DNA of 63,831 nt, filler included, from an uncultured bacterium (GTDB lineage: Bacteria > B130-G9), in NCBI GenBank assembly GCA_965372715.1. It is 3 parts of 3 records of this genome, joined end to end, with 100 filler letters (N's around TTAATTAATTAA, not from the genome) between each part and the next. Parts side by side here need not be neighbours in the genome. Positions count along the whole stretch, not along the records: positions 47,584 to 63,831 come from CBDVDH010000068.1; 2 more parts are not named here. One strand, given 5' to 3'. Positions 58,325 to 63,831 of this stretch are shown one piece after another. Under the pieces are notes generated by a model that saw only the letters and a program-made list of their open reading frames with translations, was not told the origin of the DNA and searched no databases. The translations under genes were made by a program, and so were the position numbers. Each line of letters starts with the position of its first letter. Positions within the stretch are counted from its first letter, which is position 1.

Positions 58325-60137
58325 GGGCTCAAGCACCGAGTTCCTGGAGATTCAGCGGAGCATCTTCTGGGACCCCGTCTATCAAAGGCCCCCGTGTGAC
58401 ATGGAGGAGTTCCTACTTTCAAAGGACTATCTGGGTCTCACCGACGCGGCAGACCGGCCTTATGTCCACCAGCGGCTGATGCAGCTGCTTGTCCTGACCG
58501 ACGACGACGCGATCAGGGAGATATACCTCTGCCTGGGCAAGGATTCTGGCAAATCGTTCTTCGCGGCGTGCATGGCTTGCCGAATGGTCTATGTTTTGTC
58601 GTGCCTCAGGCCGTCGCCGCAGCACGCCTTGCCGAACATCGCCCCGGGCTCTGGAATCCAGATCATAAACCTCGCAACCGACAACCAGCAAGCAATGCGC
58701 TCCGTTTTCAAAGAGCTCGAGATCAAGATCAGCGGCAAGGCCGGCAGAGGCCCCTCAAGATGGTTCAGTCGATTTGGCTTCGAGAAGCGTGTCGATAGAT
58801 TCGTTTTTCCGAACAGTATAGAGGTCATCTGCGGTCATTCCCGGGCCGAAGCCTGGCTCGGCGCCAACACGATACTCGGGACCATTGACGAGGCGTCGTA
58901 TTTCATTGAGGCGAGAAACAGGCGCCTCGATGAGAGCGGCTACCCGACCAGCCTTGCCGAGAAGAACTACAACGCGTTCTACGGCAGTTGCAGGACGCGG
59001 TTCCCCAACCACTACAAGATCATCCTGATCTCGTCGCCCAAACACCAGGCCGATTTCCTATTCCGCAAGATCAATCAGACGAGGCGATCTGGTAGCCCGG
59101 TTGACGTCGATTCAGTTCAGCTCCGAGCGTCCTATCCGGAGCGCAAATCGGCTGATACAACACGCGTGAGACAGGCTGGGCTTGACAAATACGACAGCGG
59201 ATTCGTCGCGTTTATCGATGGCTCGCGCCTCGCGGTTCAGGCGCCGTCGTGGGAGCTGAAGGACGACGAGACGATTCTCGACTACGAGGACGATTTCAAG
59301 AACAACCCGATAATGGCAGCGAGGGACTTCGGGGCGCAGCCGCATCTTACGGAGTCACCGTACTTCGAGTTCGACCGGCTGGAGCACTGCATCGACTGCA
59401 ATCGCAAGGCGCCGCTGGCGTTCTTGAGCGCGCCTGGGGAGCCTGAGATGGACGTTCCCGAGTCGGTCTTGATGCAGAAGAGGCGCCTTTCGTGCGAGTT
59501 GTCAGGCCATCCCGACCGGGACTACTTCGCCCACATCGATTTCGCGACGGGCGGTAAGTTCGGCAGGGGCGACGCCTGCGGGTTCGCTCTCGGCCACGCG
59601 CAGGAGGCGATTGGTCAGGGCGGACAGCCGTTCTATCGGGTTTTCTTCGACCTTGTTACGAGGTTCCAATATGCCGACGGCAGGCCGGTTGATGCCGAGG
59701 ACCTGTGCGACTTCGTGCAGTTCCTCAAAGCAGGAAAAGGCGAGTTCAGGCCTGCGAGGCGCCTCACATCCTGGGAGACGCACGATGGCTCGGGGTTTTC
59801 TCGGCTGTCAGTGAGCATCGACGGCTTTAACCGCGAGCTCCTCTCGCAGCTGCTCACGAAGCGCGGCGTGAGCGTTGATTACTTTTCTCCGGACAAGAGC
59901 AGGGATTGCTGGCAGATTGCCGAGTATGCCCTTTACAAGGGCTGGGTATCGCTGTATCCGCATCCAATTCTTGAGGCGGAGATCAAGATGCTTCAAGTAA
60001 CCGACAGCGGCATCCCGGACCACCCACCGCACGGCTTCAAAGACATGCTCGACGCGGTCGTAGCGGTCATCTACCGGGCGCTCACAACAGCTCGGGCGAA
60101 ATCGGCAGGACGCGGGTATCAGGGCGTCAAAGGATAG
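58194..60137 (+). CDS. Phage-type terminase large subunit
   Basis: Walker A LGKDSGKS, Walker B TIDEAS, coupling motif ISSP, nuclease HIDFA..GDA..SIDG..DHP..KDMLDA; true start may be ATG 58296 or 58302. Confidence 0.85.
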   Translation: MADHVSKTKTIRRYSKEERIKEGFRSMNPTTRVRMAMALWGLLEGSSTEFLEIQRSIFWDPVYQRPPCDMEEFLLSKDYLGLTDAADRPYVHQRLMQLLVLTDDDAIREIYLCLGKDSGKSFFAACMACRMVYVLSCLRPSPQHALPNIAPGSGIQIINLATDNQQAMRSVFKELEIKISGKAGRGPSRWFSRFGFEKRVDRFVFPNSIEVICGHSRAEAWLGANTILGTIDEASYFIEARNRRLDESGYPTSLAEKNYNAFYGSCRTRFPNHYKIILISSPKHQADFLFRKINQTRRSGSPVDVDSVQLRASYPERKSADTTRVRQAGLDKYDSGFVAFIDGSRLAVQAPSWELKDDETILDYEDDFKNNPIMAARDFGAQPHLTESPYFEFDRLEHCIDCNRKAPLAFLSAPGEPEMDVPESVLMQKRRLSCELSGHPDRDYFAHIDFATGGKFGRGDACGFALGHAQEAIGQGGQPFYRVFFDLVTRFQYADGRPVDAEDLCDFVQFLKAGKGEFRPARRLTSWETHDGSGFSRLSVSIDGFNRELLSQLLTKRGVSVDYFSPDKSRDCWQIAEYALYKGWVSLYPHPILEAEIKMLQVTDSGIPDHPPHGFKDMLDAVVAVIYRALTTARAKSAGRGYQGVKG

Positions 60138-60262
60138 GGGTAAGTGGGGGACAAAAGGAAAAAAGGATAAAGGGAAAAAAGGACAACGCGCCAGTTTCCC
60201 GTAGGGGCGGTTCACGAACCGCCCTCTGAGGACACAAGGCAAACGGACACGGGGAGAGCACG

Positions 60263-60436
60263 ATGAACAGGAACACGAGGAAGAAACAACGCCTTTTGAG
60301 GCTCTGTCGCAAATACGGCTACCACGAGACAGCGTCGATTCTGAAGACGCGAATCGAGAGAGCAAGGCGTGCTCAGATGGGGGATGACACGCCGATTCTT
60401 CATAACCTTACCCAGCAGGAGGATGCGCCGAGATGA
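60263..60436 (+). CDS. 57-aa basic hypothetical protein (below the ORF-track cutoff)
   Basis: GGGGAG RBS; MNRNTRKKQRLLRLCRKYG...EDAPR; ATGA overlap with the next gene. Confidence 0.6.
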   Translation: MNRNTRKKQRLLRLCRKYGYHETASILKTRIERARRAQMGDDTPILHNLTQQEDAPR

Positions 60437-60846
60437 CGATATGCACCGAGTGTGAGAAGCGGGACACGTGCACCGAGCTCTGCGACAGGGTCCGTAAAAT
60501 GACGTACGGCGGTGGCAAGAAACGAAAACGCAGAACATATCCCGTCGATTTCCAGACGTTTGAGGCCAAATCGACCGCGGAGCTCAACCGGTTTCAGATC
60601 GAGTCTCTTCACGCGATAAGTTACCGGCCGATCGAGAAGATCGAGCTTCGCGTCCTGCTGGAGCAGATTCTGGCATTACTCTCCGTTGGCCAGCGCTTCG
60701 TGTTCGTAAGGAAGATGGAAGGCTACACCAACCGCGAGATCGCGGACCTGACGGGCTTGAGCGAGAAGGCTATCGAGCAGCGCCACACCCGCGCCCGCAA
60801 GCGCCTCAAGCGTGTCCTCAGCAGAATGAACGGGGATTTGAGGTAG
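60433..60846 (+). CDS. Sigma-70 region 4-type HTH regulator with N-terminal Cys4 motif
   Basis: C-x2-C-x5-C-x3-C; LSVGQRFVF..EGYTNREIADLTGLS..RARKRL; no region 2. Confidence 0.8.
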   Translation: MTICTECEKRDTCTELCDRVRKMTYGGGKKRKRRTYPVDFQTFEAKSTAELNRFQIESLHAISYRPIEKIELRVLLEQILALLSVGQRFVFVRKMEGYTNREIADLTGLSEKAIEQRHTRARKRLKRVLSRMNGDLR

Positions 60847-60855
60847 GTTTTGGCC

Positions 60856-61071
60856 GCTTTGGAGTGCGGTGACCTGGCACCGCTTTCATTTGCCGGGGCC
60901 TCACGGGGCATCGACCCTATGTCGATTGGCGTCCAGGCCTCAGGACCACCGTCTGAAAGGTCAAGAAGGCAATCTATGAGATGGTGGTGTCAAGCCACCA
61001 CCAATGAAAGCGGCGTCATGCCGCCGCAATCCAAAAGGCCAGAGCCGCCGGCGTCAATCTGATTTTTCGGG
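60856..61071. repeat. Full copy of the dispersed element; its first 33 bp form the right boundary repeat of the terminase cassette
   Basis: Matches 9472-9622 (inverted) and 47584-47685 (direct). Confidence 0.85.
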
Positions 61072-61117
61072 TTCGCGCACTCTTGCCGCGTGAGGCGCCG
61101 TTTGGTATTCTTGCGGT

Positions 61118-62755
61118 ATGGAGCCGTTCGACTCGACTGAAAGTGAGAATAGCGCGGCGAGGAACAGGTGGGTTCTGCTGGCCATCATTGGCGTCGCGGC
61201 CGGGATATTCCTGGCGGGAATCCGGAAGGACCTGCCATATTCGCACGAGAGCGACGAGAACCTCTACGTGGAGCGCGCTGTGCGAATGGCCGCGTCGGGG
61301 GAACTCAATCCGCGCTGGTTCGGCAACCCCGGCTCGACAGTGCTCTACCCGCTTATTGGCCTATTTCACGCATGGCATGCGATAGAATACGGCGGCAGCT
61401 TCCTTTGCGCAGACAACAACATCATCTCAGCATTCACGTCTGATCAATCCCAATTCTACCTGCTGGGCAGGCTGCTCACGGTATGTTACGCGCTTCTTTC
61501 TGTGCTGATGACGTATCTGGTGGGGCGAAGGCTCTTCGGGGAGCGGGTTGCTTTAGTCGGGGCGTGGTTCTCGATCCTGTCCCCTCTCGTCGTGTATTAC
61601 GCCCAGGTTGTCCGAACTGACCTGGCAGGCTCGTTCTTTGGGATGCTGAGCCTATGGCTCATGCTGCGGCTCTATGACCAGCCATCAACCCAAAACCAGC
61701 TGCTCGCTGGGCTTTCGATTGGGTTCTCCGTTGCGACGAGGTATTTCCTGGTCACCCTGGTTCCCATCCTGATAGCGATCGACGTGCTGGTCGTGCGTCA
61801 GAGCCGTCGGAATCAGGACAGACCACCAGCCTCCCGGCGCACAATCGCCGTCGGACTCCTTGCCGTTTTGCTGGGGTTCGCCATTACCACACCTTTTTTT
61901 GTCCTGGACCTATCGACAGCGCTGACAGACCTTACACGCGAGGCTCGGCCGAGGCATTTCGGCGCTGACGGCCTCTCTCCGGCGGGCAATCTGACCTGGT
62001 ACGTGACGAAAGCGATACCAGCGAGCATCTCGTTGCCGCTTGCCATACTCGCCGCAATTGGCGTGTTGCTTGTCCTGCTTCGGCGCCGCCCCGAGCAGCT
62101 GCTGGTCCTGGGCTTCGTGGTGGTCTTCGTGCTCTCGACCAGCCTGTCCCGCCTGCACTGGAATCGCTGGATGATCCAGATATTCCCGATTCTGTGCCTC
62201 CTGGCCGCGGAAACGATCTGTGGGGCGTCTTCACGGTTATCCAGTCTCTTTCGACTCGGGCCTACGTATCAACGCGTTCTGTTGTGTCTTCTGATCGCGC
62301 TCACCTCAGTCCTGCCTCTTCACGACCTGCTGCTATACGAGGTCAGTGAGACAGCCACCAGCACGAGAATACTGGCCCGAGAGTGGATCATAAAGAACCT
62401 GCCGCCGGGAACTAAAGTAGCGTATGAACCGTTCTCTGTGCCGCTTAGCGGCACCGACCTGTTAGTCTTTGGCCCGAGGGTGCTGGCCGCACGGCGCAGT
62501 TTGCTGGACTACTATCGCACTGGATACCGCTATCTGGTGGTCAGTAGCGGCGTCTATGACAGGTTCTTTGCCGAATCCAAGCGCTATCCAAGGGAAGTCG
62601 CGTTTTACAGGACGCTCTTCGCCGAGGGACATCTCGTCAGAGAACTCAATCCTTCACTCCTCAGAGGCGGACCAACGATACGCATCTACAGGCTGGGAGG
62701 GCCGCTGCCCACCGAGCAACTGAATCAGCAGAGCGATAAGGAAGTACAGAAATGA
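61118..62755 (+). CDS. GT39/ArnT-like membrane glycosyltransferase
   Basis: HESDE, LNPRWF, GRLL, RTD; many TM segments; AREWI..NLP. Confidence 0.82.
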   Translation: MEPFDSTESENSAARNRWVLLAIIGVAAGIFLAGIRKDLPYSHESDENLYVERAVRMAASGELNPRWFGNPGSTVLYPLIGLFHAWHAIEYGGSFLCADNNIISAFTSDQSQFYLLGRLLTVCYALLSVLMTYLVGRRLFGERVALVGAWFSILSPLVVYYAQVVRTDLAGSFFGMLSLWLMLRLYDQPSTQNQLLAGLSIGFSVATRYFLVTLVPILIAIDVLVVRQSRRNQDRPPASRRTIAVGLLAVLLGFAITTPFFVLDLSTALTDLTREARPRHFGADGLSPAGNLTWYVTKAIPASISLPLAILAAIGVLLVLLRRRPEQLLVLGFVVVFVLSTSLSRLHWNRWMIQIFPILCLLAAETICGASSRLSSLFRLGPTYQRVLLCLLIALTSVLPLHDLLLYEVSETATSTRILAREWIIKNLPPGTKVAYEPFSVPLSGTDLLVFGPRVLAARRSLLDYYRTGYRYLVVSSGVYDRFFAESKRYPREVAFYRTLFAEGHLVRELNPSLLRGGPTIRIYRLGGPLPTEQLNQQSDKEVQK

Positions 62756-63722
62756 CGCAGACAATCATCGACCGGCTCTTGAAGAGCGACGAGCCGTCAA
62801 TCCGGTACAAGGTCCGAGTCAACGTTCTCGGCGAGGACCCCAATTCCACGAAGATTGCGCAGCTTCGCAGCGAGATCATGAACTCGGCTCGCGTCAAAAA
62901 GCTGCGTCGGAGTGGCAGTCCGACGGGACTATCCCACATCACCCCTACGGCAAATAGTTCGGCGCCCACTGGATACTCGCGACGCTTGCCGACATCGGCT
63001 ACCCACGCGGTGACGAATCGCTCTTGCCCATGCGGGACCAGGTCTATGACTGGCTTTTCAGGATTGACAGCAGGGCGGGCATCAGAAGAATCAACGGCCG
63101 CGTCCGCCGGTGCGCCTCGCAGGAGAGCAACTGCGTCTATTCAACGCTAACGCTTGGGATAGCGGACGAGCGAACGGACGAGCTGGTCCGGCGCCTCATC
63201 GAGTGGCAGTGGCCAGACGGCGGCTGGAATTGCGACAAGAAGCCTGAGGCGGTCAACTCGTCGTATCACGAGAGCATCATCCCGCTGCGCTCACTTGCGC
63301 TTTACGCGAAACTCAGGGGAAGCGACGAGGCGAGGGCGGCTACCGAACGCGCCTCAGAGCTCTTCCTGAAGCGAAAGCTCTTCAGACGGCAGAGCGACGG
63401 CAGCGTCATCAAGCCCAGCTTTGTCGAGCTCTTCTATCCTCCCTATTGGCATTATGGCGTCCTGATCGGCCTGAAGGTAATGGCCGAGGCGGGATTCATT
63501 CACGACGAGCGGTGCTGGGACGCGCTTGACCTTCTGGAGTCCAAGCGTCTGCCAGACGACGGCTTCCCAGCAGAGAGGAGATACTACAAGCCCACCGCTC
63601 AGAAAAGGGTCGCTGGCCAGGACCTCGTGAATTGGGGCGGCGTCTCAAAGCGAAAAGCCAACGAATGGGTTACCGCCGACGCCCTCTATGTTTTAGGGGT
63701 GGCCGGCCGGCTGGAGATCTGA
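62752..63722 (+). pseudogene. Prenyltransferase/squalene-cyclase-repeat-like protein, frameshifted with an internal stop
   Basis: Frameshift near 62903, then PYGK*FGAHW (TAG 62955-62957) in frame with QWPDGGWNC and YPPYWHY. Confidence 0.72.
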
Positions 63723-63831
63723 TAGTCGCAGATGGCTTTCAAAGGGTAATCAGGTTTGTAGGGGCGGGGGGTGGGGCCACCCCCGCCAGTTGTCGAAACA
63801 AAAAAAAAGTTTGGCGCCGGCCCCACACCAC

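Noticed and set aside
57836-60846. Complete prophage
   Set aside because: No integrase, portal, capsid, tail or lysis genes and no direct-repeat att sites seen; host genes flank both sides.
20159-62957. TAG recoding suggested by two in-frame TAGs at probable Trp positions
   Set aside because: TAG ends intact genes such as folD and folE, and one of the two affected genes also has a frameshift. Simple TGG to TAG decay explains both.

Overview
This is GC-rich bacterial sequence made of three contigs joined by artificial 100-nt linkers (N-run/TTAATTAATTAA/N-run at 23879-23978 and 47484-47583), so gene order across those points has no biological meaning. The backbone is housekeeping and envelope genes: folD, recO, purD, purH, acpS, folE, rpiB, glyA, a P5C dehydrogenase, glgC, a Wzt-type ABC ATPase, GT2/GT4/GT-C glycosyltransferases, two B12 radical SAM enzymes and a sigma-54 activator. 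It is densely interspersed with REP-like palindromes, MITE-like elements and short tandem repeats. Accessory loci include an integrase-less attC cassette cluster (DUF1643 plus a broken GIY-YIG nuclease), three MNT/HEPN pairs, HicB genes, a methyltransferase-nuclease fusion inside the rpiB-glyA run, and McrBC. The three best candidates for something undescribed are: (1) a solitary 3.3-kb packaging-motor cassette (putative TerS, an intact TerL, a 57-aa ORF and a Cys4/sigma-region-4 regulator) with no other phage genes, bracketed by near-perfect 33-bp inverted repeats; (2) a run of three intact but apparently catalytically dead proteins (P-loop ATPase-wHTH, MntA-like, HepT-like) behind McrBC; (3) a two-gene wHTH plus HEPN-like module that looks like an uncharacterised defence system. 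All family assignments come from motifs read by eye; no searches were run.
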